64,000 nt of DNA from the NCBI RefSeq assembly GCF_006345805.1, contig NC_042998.1, positions 76,570,001-76,634,000 on the forward strand, written 5' to 3'. Below the pieces are notes generated by a model. It was not told the origin of the DNA. It made no database searches and saw nothing but the letters and a program-made list of their open reading frames with translations. Made by a program: the position numbers and the translations under genes. This DNA is from Octopus sinensis. Its lineage: Eukaryota. The first letter of the stretch is position 1; every line of letters starts with the position of its first letter. This document shows, one piece after another, positions 13,899 to 26,800 of this stretch.

Positions 13899-13935
13899 GT
13901 GCTGATGATGCCTTATAAGGCAGAAATATGTCCAT
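13899..13935 (+). ncRNA. Minimal type I hammerhead-like motif (degenerate)
   Basis: GTG CTGATGA TGCC-TTATAA-GGCA GAAA TATGTC CAT: intact core, 4-bp stem II, near-palindromic stem III, GTC site, only a 3-bp stem I. Confidence 0.5.
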
Positions 13936-15877
13936 TAGAAGTACGTCGACTTCGGAGAATTCTATATTCATTGGGATTATTTCCACTTTTCATATAGAGC
14001 TGGCCTTGATTGCCATTTGGTATTTATGACACATACTCCAGAAGCAGAGAGACTTTTAATAAATCAAGAATTAATGTTGTACAGTATTTAATACTACCTG
14101 CTTTTCTATGTATTTGTGTTTGTGTGTTTGTATGTTTGTCTGCGTTTGTGTGTATATATATGTGTGTGTGTGCATGTGTGTAAGGTCTAATGCTACATGT
14201 GGGACATATGAGTTCGTGTCCCACAGGTAGCACTCGGATAGAGTTGACGGGAATAAAATAAGTAAAGTGCAGTAAAAGAGGTGGGTATTGAAAAAAAAAA
14301 TTCTCTATCCATTAGTAAGACTCAACACGGGGAACCAGCGAAGGAGTTTGTGATAGCTCAATCTACTAGAAATAGCTGCCAAATCTCCCTTAAATCATAC
14401 CTTACTCACTTGTAAAGGGAGGGACACATTTGATAATGAAGTCCTACATAGAATTTATTTGAGGAAACGAGACGTTTTCTCTGATAATAAGTATGCTTAT
14501 TAAGGAATGCTTAAGATGTAAATCAAACAACACACACAAAAACATACATACACATACATATCTGAACGTATAGAAACACTCTACGTATTTATAAGGCGAT
14601 ACTTACGACCATCGTAAAATGAGATTAATGTTAAGAACAAAATCGGAATCGAGACGTACTTGCAGTTTTAAATCCCACATGCATTTGCGACTACTTTTTT
14701 CCTTTCGAATATACAATAAATGGTTTTGAGACAAGCATCAATGCTATTTGTTAATTCTTTTTATGGTTTTCAGTAAAAGACACACAAAGGCAGCAGCACC
14801 TGTTGTTATATGCCAGTGTTATGGTAAACCTTGTCAAGAGCTAAATTTTCTGCATCTCAGAATGTAATATAGTGCAATAAAACATAAATGATATCCTATT
14901 ACTCAATATAAATGATGTATTATCATAATATAATATCATAGCATAATATAATATGATGCAACAGAGTAGAATAAAATATATTTATTGTTATTTGTTGGAG
15001 TGTTGTACATGAATTGGATTTTACCTCAAGAGAGCTATAAACTTAAATTAAGATGTATAATCGATCGTACAAATGTCTTAAAGAAGAAATAATTGTGTAC
15101 AAAATGGCACAATGCTCTCAGTATGCCGCGAGGAGAAATTAATTCTAAATCGTTTTGAAAAGCGGCCTTTCTTCATTGATAACTTCCAGCTTACGCAGCG
15201 ATGTACTTCCGCCTTCAGGATGTAAGCTTCAGAAATCGCGCCACAGAAATATATAAACTTAAAAGTTGATTTGTAGTTGGGAGGGTCCGAGGTTCGTGTC
15301 CCAGCGTTCTGGAATTAGGTTAATATAAGACTTTAGCATTTTTCACATTTACAGAAGAATTACAAGCTGATACAACGCATTCAAAATGATGTGTTGTTAT
15401 CTTCTAGGAGCCACGAAGTTTGGGTCAGCAGCGAAAGAATGCTTGCAAATGCACATAACATGGCATATCCTGTTGGATCTTTGTCAACAATCCACCGTCC
15501 ACTCCCGCTCTTGTGTGGGCCGAGCAGAGGAACGATCCTGTTTGTTGTATTCTGCTCAAAGAACCCAAAACTAATTAGCTGTTCAGTTGCGTTAGCTACA
15601 ATCGAAAATTAATGTCTTGATGCGGCCACATCTCCAAGCAGGAGGTCGTGTAGCGTGAAAATATATTTAGTGCTGGAACTATCTTGATATCTATTGTTGA
15701 GTCTATCCTGATGTTTAGTATTGAATCTATTCTGCACTGAGTGGGATACACAATCTGGGTGGATTACATTAAGACTCCTACGAGGATGGTATACAGGGAA
15801 CATGACTGTTAAAACCTTCGAGGTCACCCGAAGCTCCTATATTAGGATGCGAAAAAACAAACAAAAACAACAGAGTG

Positions 15878-15916
<39 letters not shown>

Positions 15917-16370
15917 TATTTATGTATATACGTACATTCATGGACAACTACTTCGAAACCACCATCTTCTATACCCAGATTATAAATTCACATTTACACT
16001 AATAATAATTAGTGTACTTAGTTTTGTGAGTAAACGCATTTGTAAAAGCCTGGATAAGAAAGGATTTCAAGAAAAAGAAAGCCACTCACCACATGATGTG
16101 CAAGTACAAAGCTACGTCTGGATCATATATATTTATATAATAATATGGAAAACTCAGCAACCAGCAGTTGTTACTAATGCACGGAAACAATTGTTGTTTT
16201 GTGATTAAAGCCAGTTTTATAATTTTTCAAATATGAATTCTATATACACTAACAAATTTCCATGTGCACCTCCAGTAAAAGGAGTATTTCTGCTATGCGA
16301 TAGCATATGGTAGCCGATAACAGAAGAGGAGCTTTAAAATGCACTTATAAGTTTATTATTATCTAGCTGA

Positions 16371-16665
16371 TGTGAAGGCATATGGCTCAGTGGTTAAGTC
16401 GGGCTTAAAGTCGTGAGGATGTGAGTTCGATTCCTAGACCAAGCTATGTGTTATGTTCTTGAGCAATACACTTTATTTTCACGTTGCTCCAATTCAATCA
16501 GCTATAGAAATGAGTTGCAACAACATTGGCAGCGTGGAGAGGGAGCCTGGTATGCATGGGTGACTGCTGGTCTTGCTACAAAAAATCTTGCCTCGGAGTG
16601 GAACTTCTTAGCTGCAATCCAATGGTTATTCGCGATTGAAAGGGGTCTTTACCTTACCTTTATCT
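16371..16665 (+). mobile_element. tRNA-headed SINE family C
   Basis: A box tggctcagtggt, B box gagttcgattcc, then gttcttgagcaatacactttattttcacgttgctcca shared with 22850-23021 and 55153-55385. Confidence 0.85.
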
Positions 16666-16716
16666 TTACCCAGATGATATTAAACAACATATATATATTA
16701 TATATATATAATATAT

Positions 16717-16754
<38 letters not shown>

Positions 16755-19108
16755 GGAAATTTAAAAAAAGGAAAATACGCACACTTTACAGTTTTAATAT
16801 AATTTTTTATATATCGACCGGTTTTGCTTTCGCTATTCATGATATTAAGATTTACTTATTTGAATATGTATTTTCTTAAGAAGAAAATTTTGTCCGTGTT
16901 GTGTGTCATGATATTTACGAGTGAATGACGTCACAGATAGAACAATAAGGGGAGGTTATTGGCTATTATTATTATTATTATTATTGTTGTGGACAAGGGA
17001 GATAACTATTCAGCTTTGGGTAAAGGGAGGGGAATATATATATATATACACACACATACAAAAACAGTTTCGAATAAACTTGTTTACTGAGGGGATTTAT
17101 GTACAGTGATGTAATCGTGAACTGAAATATGTAAAAGGACAAAAGTTGGTTATGTGTGCATATTAAGACGTGTTCTGTATTTTCCAATGAAAAAAGTTTC
17201 TTTATTTAAACGTTCTTGTGGAGAAATTGACTTTGCACAGGTAGAAGGGGAAGACTTTGAAATTTGGCTTGATGTTATCTGCCCATTTTTCTATATCTTC
17301 ATGTTTTTCTATATGTTCACTGAATTCTGCGGAATGCTTTCAATCTCTGATTGGATTTCGTTTATTTCACTAACATTGATATTCTATGATCATCGCAAAT
17401 TTGCAGTGCCCTTCCTGAGTAATTCAATGTCATTGTCTCTTTATATGAAACCAGTTTCTGTTTTAGCATTTTGGCCAGGAAATTCTACGGAATCAATTGT
17501 AAATATCAGCCAGATGATGAAATCATAGATCTTGTGAATTGAAATGAATTAGAAACCCACAATTCTCTTGCGTGAGTCGCTATTTAGTCACATGTATTAC
17601 TCATTCTACATAGAGCCTCATGAATGGGTGAAGATGGTACACTCGGAGTTTGAGCAGATATCCTATCTCATATCCTAGTTATTTCACATGTATCCTTTGT
17701 ATCTCACATGTATTTCAACAATCTCTAAATGATGAAAAGTGCGTCTTCAAATCCAATGGTCTGTTTGGGGAGGCGGGGCAAAGGCCGAAGAGTTCGATTT
17801 CATTCGGTTTATATTTTAGAAATCAGTTTGGCGAATAAAGTGAACCACCTTACTATCAACTTTACTTTATTCTATCTCTTTTATATTAATATTCATAATT
17901 TCTTACAGTGCAGTGTGTTTCCACTTATGACTGCTGTTTATGATAGTTTATTGAAAGTTAAGTCCCTTTGGCAAAACTGCAATGCAGGGTCGATGAGATG
18001 TTACGCTACCTCAAACCTTTAGATGACAGTCCAGCTTCAGATCGATTTGACCATGTGGGATCCTCACTGTGTCAGTTTAGCTCAAAATTTAATAATTACG
18101 TCTATTCTATTGGCTGTAGGCAGCTTGTATGAGCTCTTCTTGTCTATTTTTTAAGTGTTTCTATTAAGTTAATATCTTACAAATTGTCTCCGTCTACTTA
18201 ACACCAACAGATTGTACCTATCTGTGAGACATCTAAAAGCTTGTACAGACAAATTTACAAATTCTTACATTGTGTAGACAACTTTACAAGTTGTATGTAT
18301 GTACTGAATAAGTGTGCATACATATGTGTAAGTAGAAACCATTATCAAATCAGAAGAGGTAGGCGAATAATAAGTAAATAGTTAAAAAAAAACCTACGAT
18401 GTCACTTCCAAATGAATATTAAATATTGAATGATGTCTCGATTTCTGAGAAACCGATAATTATTCACAGAATACAAATATTTTATGATTTTATGTTGTTG
18501 CTTATATATTATACATTTGCAAGGGTAAGTATGCCATCAAAAATGACGGTTATTTCAGTCAGATTCTTTAAATGGATACAGTCATGTACTTAAACATATT
18601 GTAATTTTAAATGTCTTAACAAAAGATATACAGAAGAAAGTCAAAAGTGAATAATTAATGGCAAGCCTGTTTTCCTACACCAGTAACAGCGTTTTAGCTT
18701 TAATGGTGTAGAGTATCTGTTGCATTTTGTGTGTGCCCATGATAGACCATAGCTGGGATTGTGGTTGAGCGACGCCTTGGTGTATCCATACGTCAGTAGG
18801 CATGTGAGCCTGCTCTCTAGTAATCCGTGATCACCAGCAGTTTTAACAATGAGCTCAACAACCATGTTTGTTTAGAAAGGAGCACTGCAGAAGTCTTGGT
18901 CTTAGAAAGGCTGTGAAGAGGAGCCGAGTATGTAAGACCCCTTCATCGCAGAAGGAGGCTTTCATATTCAGCTCTTCTTTTGACCTCTATGAACAGAGCT
19001 AGCTGGTGGTAGTAACTGAAAGTAGAGAGTAAAAAGCAGAGCTGCGTGTAATAGTTACAAACTCTGATGTCCCAACACTATAACATAGTTGCTGTAATAA
19101 TATATATC

Positions 19109-19156
19109 GGACTGTCCGATGACGGCTCAGCTGGCTGAAACTTCGAAGTCACTGCC
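19109..19156 (+). ncRNA. Degenerate minimal type I hammerhead-like motif
   Basis: CCGATGA C GGCT-CAGCT-GGCT GAA ACTTCGAAGT C ACTGCC: one core mismatch, perfect 10-nt palindromic stem III, GTC site. Confidence 0.45.
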
Positions 19157-19309
19157 AATACAATACTTATCGAAGAATGATAAATTTATACTCTTCAAAA
19201 ATAAGGAGTAATTGTCCAAATTAATATAAAACTGTACGTATGTATGTATGTATGTATGTATGTATGTATGTATGTATGTATGTATGTATGTATGTATGTA
19301 TGTATGTAT

Positions 19310-20260
19310 GTTATTATTCAGTTTTATTTCAAGATTTCTTGCCAATAGCCAGTTTCTAACACAGATCCAAGCCTTTTTCATTGGAATTTCAACAACATCA
19401 AGAGGGTATATGTTTGTGTGTATGGGTGCAGTTTTTGGAGTCAGTGCATGTGTCGATTTGTATATTTTTGATTTATATATGTATTCTTATGCATCTAGTT
19501 GCATGTCCAGACATGCGCATATATACTTAAATATGAACCTTTTTGGAAAGTTTTACAAAACTTTTGTTTCATTGATGGCTTCAATCTGTAATCGTTTAAT
19601 TAGCTTTCTCCTTTTCGGTTTGAGAAGTCTACGTTCTCAAGATTGGTGCTTAGGCTCGGATCTCATCAAACGTCCAATCAATTAGGCCAGTTGTTGGTCT
19701 GAGTACTGGTACTGCAAACACATTGTGGGTCAGTGTTTTATTTAATGCAGAGAGTTCCGAGGTCCATGTTTTTCTTGTCTGACTGTAATATTATTTAGTG
19801 AACGTACCTTGACAGAGGTACCATCGTAAGTTATGTTTTCATATACACTTAGGTACTTGTAACATTTTCTCATCAGGTATAGGAGAAACATTTAAGTCAT
19901 TGATGGAGATGATGCTAGTCTGGTTTAGTTTTCCTTCTTTTTACAACCATATAGCAACGTTTGCCTTGATCAAACTTCAACCCTAAAAATTTTTTTAATG
20001 TTGTAGCCATTTTGTTGTAACTATTTATCATAGTCTAGTAGAGGGACAGTGACCTGTTGCATTGGCCAGCAATGTAGTTTAGCTGGCAAGCAGTATGGTA
20101 TCGGTTGGAATGTCGCTAACTGTGAAACCACGTGATGTCCTAACATCGTTCATACTTTTAGTTTATTCTGTTTGGAAGAAAGTTAATTTCATATCTATTT
20201 TGAATGAAGTTACATTCACCACCTTTCTTCCTTGTTCCACAAATGTTGCTTGGAGTAATT
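19310..20260 (-). mobile_element. Internally deleted R4/Dong-type (RLE) LINE remnant
   Basis: Reverse strand encodes FLGLKFDQGKRCYMVVKEGK, YKYL, ELSALNKTLTHNVFAVPVLRPTTGLIDWT; 3' UTR gcaagaaatcttgaaataaaact shared with 21040-21755. Confidence 0.8.
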
Positions 20261-20499
20261 ATTAAAAAAAAGTTCTGGATGCAGATCGTCCCAGTATGCT
20301 TTTAATCTTGAGAACTAGGGTCGATGTAATCCAGTTACCTCTCCGCTGAACTTGCTGGCCTTCTACCAAGATTTGTAATCAATCTATTCATATATCCAGC
20401 AGCGAGGTTTCGTTTTGCTCTTTTATAAAAGTTAAATAAATCATTATGCAGTTCATAACGCCAAGAAAAATGTGTTTGTGGTTACGGTTTCTTCAATTG

Positions 20500-20732
20500 A
20501 AGGCGGCGAGCTGGCAGAAACGTTAGCACGTCGGGCGAAATGCTTAGCGGTATTTCGGCTGCCGTTACGTTGTGAGTTCAAATTCCGCCGAGGTCGACTT
20601 TGCCTTTCATCCTTTCGGGGTCGATAAATTAAGTACCAGTTACGCACTGGAGTCGATGTAATCGACTTAATACCTATGTCTGTCCTTGTTTGTCCCCTCT
20701 ATGTTTAGCCCCTTGTGGGCAATAAAGAAATA
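20500..20732 (+). mobile_element. SINE family B, full length with TSD
   Basis: tggcagaaacg A-box-like, gagttcaaattcc B box; 12-bp TSD ggtttcttcaat at 20486-20497 and 20733-20744. Confidence 0.93.
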
Positions 20733-21008
20733 GGTTTCTTCAATAGACACAGCTAGAAAGGGTTTGTTTACCTTTTGTGATGATGTTTTCGTTCTGTTTT
20801 TCAGTTGTGTTGTTAATGTTTTCGAGTCCAGCCATGTTGTTTATAGTAAAGTCAAGTTTCAGTCAAAAATTCTCAGTTATTTCATTTGAAGATTAACTGA
20901 TTATTTAATATTTGTGGATTCAAAGCCAGAGATAATATTCATCGTATTCTCCATAGTTCCTACATACATACATACATACATACATACATACATACATACA
21001 TACATACA

Positions 21009-21039
<31 letters not shown>

Positions 21040-21755
21040 CACAGTATCATCTATATAATGAAATCCGTCCGAAGGATAAACCAGAGGATAAAGAAATAAG
21101 AACCCACTGTAAGGTAGAAGCCATAGCAACACACCCGAATAAAAAGTAAGCTCAACAGAGATGATACAGTGATTTGGAATAGAGAAGAGAAACTGTATAC
21201 AGTTGTGGAAATTAGCTACCCAGCGGATGTTAACGCAAAGCTGAAGATCAGTGAAAAAGAGAATACCTACGGTGAACTACTGAGAGATCTGCAGTTATTC
21301 TATCCAGATTACAATTTCAGTTTTATACCTGTAATTATTGGAGCACTGGGCTATGTAACACACTGCCTAAATACTAATCTTGAGATGTTAGGCTTCTGAA
21401 AAGCAGAAAGGAGAAAGCTGATCCGAAAACTACATATCCAAGCCATCACTGGAACGGTAAAAATCTGTAAAACTTTCCAGAAGTTTATCATTTAAGTATA
21501 TATGAGTATGTCTAGAAACGCAAGTATATCCATTGGAATATTTACATAAAACTAAACATACAAATTTGCATGTATACATACATACATACATACATACATA
21601 CATACATACATACACACACACACATGCACATATATATATATACACACACACAAACACACAAATATGCTGTCGATGTTGAAATTTTAATGAAGGAGACTTG
21701 GAATTAGGTTAGGAACCGGCTCTTTAATCGCAAGAAATCTTGAAATAAAACTAAT
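21040..21755 (+). mobile_element. R4/Dong-type LINE 3' end (restriction-like endonuclease domain and 3' UTR)
   Basis: VIWNREEKLYTVVEISYPAD...EKENTYGELL...FIPVIIGALG; 3' UTR homologous to 19310-19560. Confidence 0.85.
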
Positions 21756-21898
21756 GGCGTACGTACATACATACATGCATACATACATAAATAAACAACT
21801 TAAAAAGGGAGTTTTTTTTCTAGTCATTACTTAAATAATCTTAGTTGATCGAAGTTTTTCTAGTGACTATGTCGCATGATGTGTGATTCCATCTTATT

Positions 21899-22002
<104 letters not shown>

Positions 22003-22849
22003 ACAAACTCACACACAACTAAATATATATTTGTATTTCAGCATTATAGAGGAAATTGTAATTAGAATTAACGACTAAGAATCCTAAAATTTCTTTTGAA
22101 GTTTCTCTAAGGATTAATTAAATATTGCTCATCGTCTACAGTTTCTGTGGATCAATCGAACCTTAGCGAAAAATAAATGGTAAATTTAAATTCCTTCTTC
22201 TACCTAATACTGTGATCTATGCTGTCTATAAAACTACTTAACGTTTTAATATTTATTTACGTTAAATTTCCAAGCTACCCTTTTACGACAAGAATTCTGT
22301 TACAGACTTTCGTACAAGAAGAAGAAAAAAAAAACCCCTCAAAGTTTAAAAAACTCATCAGTTTAAGCTTTCATATATATTAGAGAAATTAAGAAAGACC
22401 TTAATACCCGCCAGGCTGCAGTGATGAAAAATAAATTCAGAAACGCGTCTGTGGATGTTGGGAAATCTTAAAATAATCCTTAAATGTATTTTAAGAACCA
22501 TTTCAGATTCTTTAGTCCCTAATTCTAATGACAATTTTCCTTCTACATCTAAAAACATAAAGCAGTAAGAATTGTAGACATAACTGTATATATGTATAGG
22601 TTCGTCTGAGTGTGTATGTGCACATACACTTAAATACATATACCTGATAAAACACTAAACTACGGGGATATAGGAAGGGAGAAAGCAGAAGAAGGGGTGA
22701 TATTATATTGTTGTTATTTAGACCTTGGTTACCCCTGACGCAGTTGACATCATCCTCATCGTCATCATTGTCATCATCATCAACATCCAGTGTGTTAATC
22801 AATAATAACCTTTGACATCCTGCATTTGATTTGAAGGATTTGGTGTTAG

Positions 22850-23021
22850 TAGTCGGCGGGAACTGCTATTTTGTAGGCAGACACAACTCAATTTTGAACT
22901 GAGTGAACTCGAGCAACATGAAATAAAGTGCTTTTCCCAAGGACACAACACACCACCCTATCTAGGAGTCGAGTCCATGACCGTATAATCGTGAGTCACA
23001 TAGCCTAACCACTAGGCCACT
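22850..23021 (-). mobile_element. SINE family C-like head, diverged
   Basis: Reverse complement tggcctagtggttagg...gtgttgtgtccttgggaaaagcactttatttcatgttgctc. Confidence 0.7.
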
Positions 23022-23274
23022 ATAAATACCTATGATCTAATGCATTCAAACAGTGAGTGTCCTACAATGTTAGTAACATACAGAAGTGTATTATCTAATG
23101 TAATCTTATTTAAGAAAGGTGTAGTTTGAGGTATATTTGATTGGTATTACTTGTAGGTTGAGTGACCGGGTAGGTACTTTAACGTTAGTTCAACTGTTTC
23201 AGAAAACCGAAGTTCGATTGATGCCGACATTTCGGATGAAGACCCTTCGACACAGTTATCAAGTACTGATTGAT

Positions 23275-23447
23275 GGAAATGATAAAGAAGTGAAAACATT
23301 ATTTACATTATTTACATTTGACGGATATTTGTCCTCATCTTGTTTGTTGTTAATACAACGTTTCGGCTGCTGATATATCCTCCAGCCTTCATCAGGTGTC
23401 TTGGGGAAATTTCGAACCTGGGTTCCCATTCCTAAGGTATTTTTTTA

Positions 23448-23450
<3 letters not shown>
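23275..23450 (-). mobile_element. Hammerhead-containing SINE, headless copy
   Basis: About 90% identical by eye to 31090-31230; HHR at 23352-23400 (-): GACAC CTGATGA A GGCTG...CAGCC GAAA CGTT GTATT. Confidence 0.88.
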
Positions 23451-23520
<70 letters not shown>

Positions 23521-23524
23521 GTTG

Positions 23525-23840
23525 TTGTTGTTGTTGTTGCTGCCTTTGCACAGCTTCTAATGCTAGAGATGTACTACAGTGTCAGCTGTTCACTACCAGT
23601 CAACTAAGGTAATACCTCTTATTTTTCGAGCACCTGCCGGAGTATTCGAGCGGTTCCAAGCAATGCTGTTTTCTGCAAGTGCTCCACTCTTATTGCAGCT
23701 CCTATATGTTCCACGTACTTCTCGGGATTTTTGCTCACTGTTCCCAGGGATCTGACAATTATTGGTAATACTGCAATCATTTTCATCGACCACAACTGCT
23801 TAACTTCCCAAGCTAACTCTCGACTTGTGTCCCCATATGT
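23525..23840 (-). mobile_element. R4/Dong-type LINE 3' end
   Basis: ELAWEVKQLW...LPIIVRSLGTV...LQKTALLGTARILRQVLEK*, followed by a (CAA)n(TAA)n tail. Confidence 0.9.
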
Positions 23841-26800
23841 GTTCTTGTGTGAAGTGAAGTGTGTGTGTATAGGGTCATGTGTTTCAGTCTTCACTTGTGT
23901 ATGTATGCTTGTCTGTTCATATAACCTATGTACTTATCCGTCTGTATGTCTAGTTGTTTACTTTCGTATCCATATGCCTACATACATGTACATACACACC
24001 ACATCTATCTACACAACAGTCAACTAACTATTCTACCTGTATATGAATATAAACTGTGGGTATGGGTGTGATTATCTACTACGTACATTTCCTATTTAGT
24101 ACTGGAGGTGTTTCTTTTATGAGAACGTACTCCTGTATTTGTCTAAGTGTTGGGTCCTTTGGGCGCTTGGCTAAAATGCGCATGTCAAATTGACCTAGGT
24201 TGCCTCCATGTTGGTCCTTGGCATATTGGTAGAGTAATGGAGGATTGTTTTTGTCGTCATATTGTCTCAAAGGTTCATTTAGTCTTTCCGCAATGCTCCT
24301 AAATGCCTCCCCTGTGTAAGTCATGTTCATGTTTTTACAAGCACCTTCTATGCATCTTATGCTGTAGACTACATTTCTAGTTCTACAGTTAATGCCAGGG
24401 CTAATCCTACTTACCATGCAGTTATCATTGGTGAATATGGTATTTTCAAAGGGGTACGTCCTACATATTTGTGATCTGATGGAGTTCCCTAGCTTTTCAA
24501 CAATCTTAATGTTGAGTTTGGTCTCCTTCAGAGCTTTCCTAAATCTACGGGCTAGTTCTCCATGGGCTGTGGCCTCTACAAATACCACTCCTTGATATTT
24601 AGTGTTTTATACCATGTGTTCACCCTGTTTACTTTGTCACAATCTCTTTGTATCCTATTCCACTCTGCTTCTATATCTAGGGCAGGTACCACTGGTATCA
24701 TTACATATAATGTTATTTAACTTCTTTCTAGCACCCATGTATACTCGAACCCTATCTTTCTGATCATATCCAGAGAACTGCATGCGGTGCATGAAGTTCT
24801 GTACATGTTTCTTTGTTTCATAGGGTTTGCATAGTGGGGAAACGTTGTTCATTATCCTAACTAAGTCTGCTATCATTATGTTAATTTTCATGTGTGACAA
24901 AGCTGAGTTCTTGTGAACAACATATTTCGAAGCTATGGGCTTCATGTAATAGGAGTGGATGAGCTGCACGCCGTTGTTCACAGTCTCTAACCAAAGTTTA
25001 GTATCAAGGACGAGGAGTCTATTGTTGGGGTGCTTCGTGGGATAATCTATAGTTACCTTGATACTTTGGTGGATACTTTTCTCTCCATTATGTTTCTATA
25101 GTACCGTCACTAGAGATGGTCTTAACTACAACATTAATAATATCTACATACCTACTCTAGAGTAGAAGAGTTGTGGACTGTTCTGCTAAGGATTGCTTAA
25201 GCTTTCTGTTCCACCAGGTCATGAAGAGGCTGGCCACATCTCCAGCTACACCGACACTAATTGCTGCGCCTTGAACTTGCATGTATAGTTTCTTCTTAAA
25301 CTTTACTATGTGGTTTTCAAAGTGTTTCTTACACTGGTCCCTATTGCATGTTCAATCATTTCTTTCACCTGATTGTTGTTCTCAGGGTCTTGGGTGGGTT
25401 CAGTCCAGCCACTCCAGCGCTTGCGGTGTTTTTCTTCACTGCTGAGGTGATGGTGAGTAGTCTTCCCGTCTGTAACCTAATGGGGCAGAATCTACTGAGA
25501 TCATGGTCGTCTAAATAGTCACTGTCACAGCTTAGTCTAAGGAGGAGGCTCAGTTCCCTTGGGTTAACTTCACGGAACTCTACTTCACTCTCACAGATTA
25601 TCTCAATGCATGACTCCACAGCAAAATCTGGGTAGAGTGAAACCACATCCATACTACCCATTACACATCCTGTGAAGTCGTTGGAGTGGTTGAAAGTACT
25701 GATTTTACTGAGGAGATCTTCCGTGTTCACGCAGATAACTGGGGACATTTCTATGAGAAGTCGTAATACTTGTAAGAGGAAGTAGGATAGTCTATAATTG
25801 CTGGAGATATTCGCTCTGCAAACTGGTCGGGTTGGGAACCCCCATGACAGGGTTTATGTAGGGTTTGTGGTCTTTGCGTAACCCATATAGTGTAAGAACA
25901 TCATTGTTGGATGCTTGGAAATTGTGTGCAGTCTGTTTCTTAGGTTGGAATATTTTGCAACGCATCCCCATGTGTGCATTGAGGAGTTTTTCCACTCTTT
26001 CATGTTCCTATGGTGCTACTTCTCTCATGCTACTGATGTGTTGCGGCATGGTATGGACATAGTTCTGTGGGCTGTCTATTGACAGTCTACCAGACTTGTC
26101 CGTAGGAAAGCACACCAATTCCCTGTTCCTAATCCACTGTTTCAGTTTTTGCAGACCTTTGGCAACAGATGAACTGAGCTGGTGGGTTCCCTCATCATTA
26201 TGGTTTTTAGTGGATTTGTTGTATCGGTCCAAGTTGTGTCGGAGTCTATTTCTAGCTAAGGAGATCTTTGCTTCTCTTTAACTGTCAATTTGAGGTGGGA
26301 TACATACTCTTTTGTTGAAGGGTAAGTCTGTGTTGTCGATCCTCGTCATGTCATAAGATTTGTTGTTAGGGTTATAGAAGATAGAGTGTAGAGTATTATT
26401 ATCATTGTGGTTGTTGTTGTTATAGTTGCTGGCATTGTTGTTGCTATTGGTGGTGGTGGTAGTGCTTGTATTGTGCCCATTATTGTTGTTGTTATTGTTG
26501 TGGGTAGTGGTTTGGATGATGTGGTTGGTATTGTTGTTTGTATGTGGGATGTTGTTGTCATTGTTTCTGATGCTATTATCATTGTTATTGTTGTTATTAT
26601 AATAGCTGTGTCGGTTTCGTATGCTTGTGTTGTTGTTATAGTTGTTTAAGTGGGGAATGTTGTGGTTATTGTTATTGTTATTGTTATTACCACTATTGTT
26701 ATGTCATCAACATCGATCTTGTTATTGTTGTTGTTTTGGGTTCGTATGTTTGTATTGTTGTTATTGTTGTATTGTCCTAAACTCCATCTTAATTTTAAGT

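Noticed and set aside
17154-17528. 124-aa plus-strand ORF and a protein-like antisense frame
   Set aside because: No motif recognised, and the antisense frame has several stops; it cannot be supported as a gene.
18640-19020. Possible RTE-type LINE remnant
   Set aside because: Only a vague resemblance to the AGHV.RM motif; insufficient to call.
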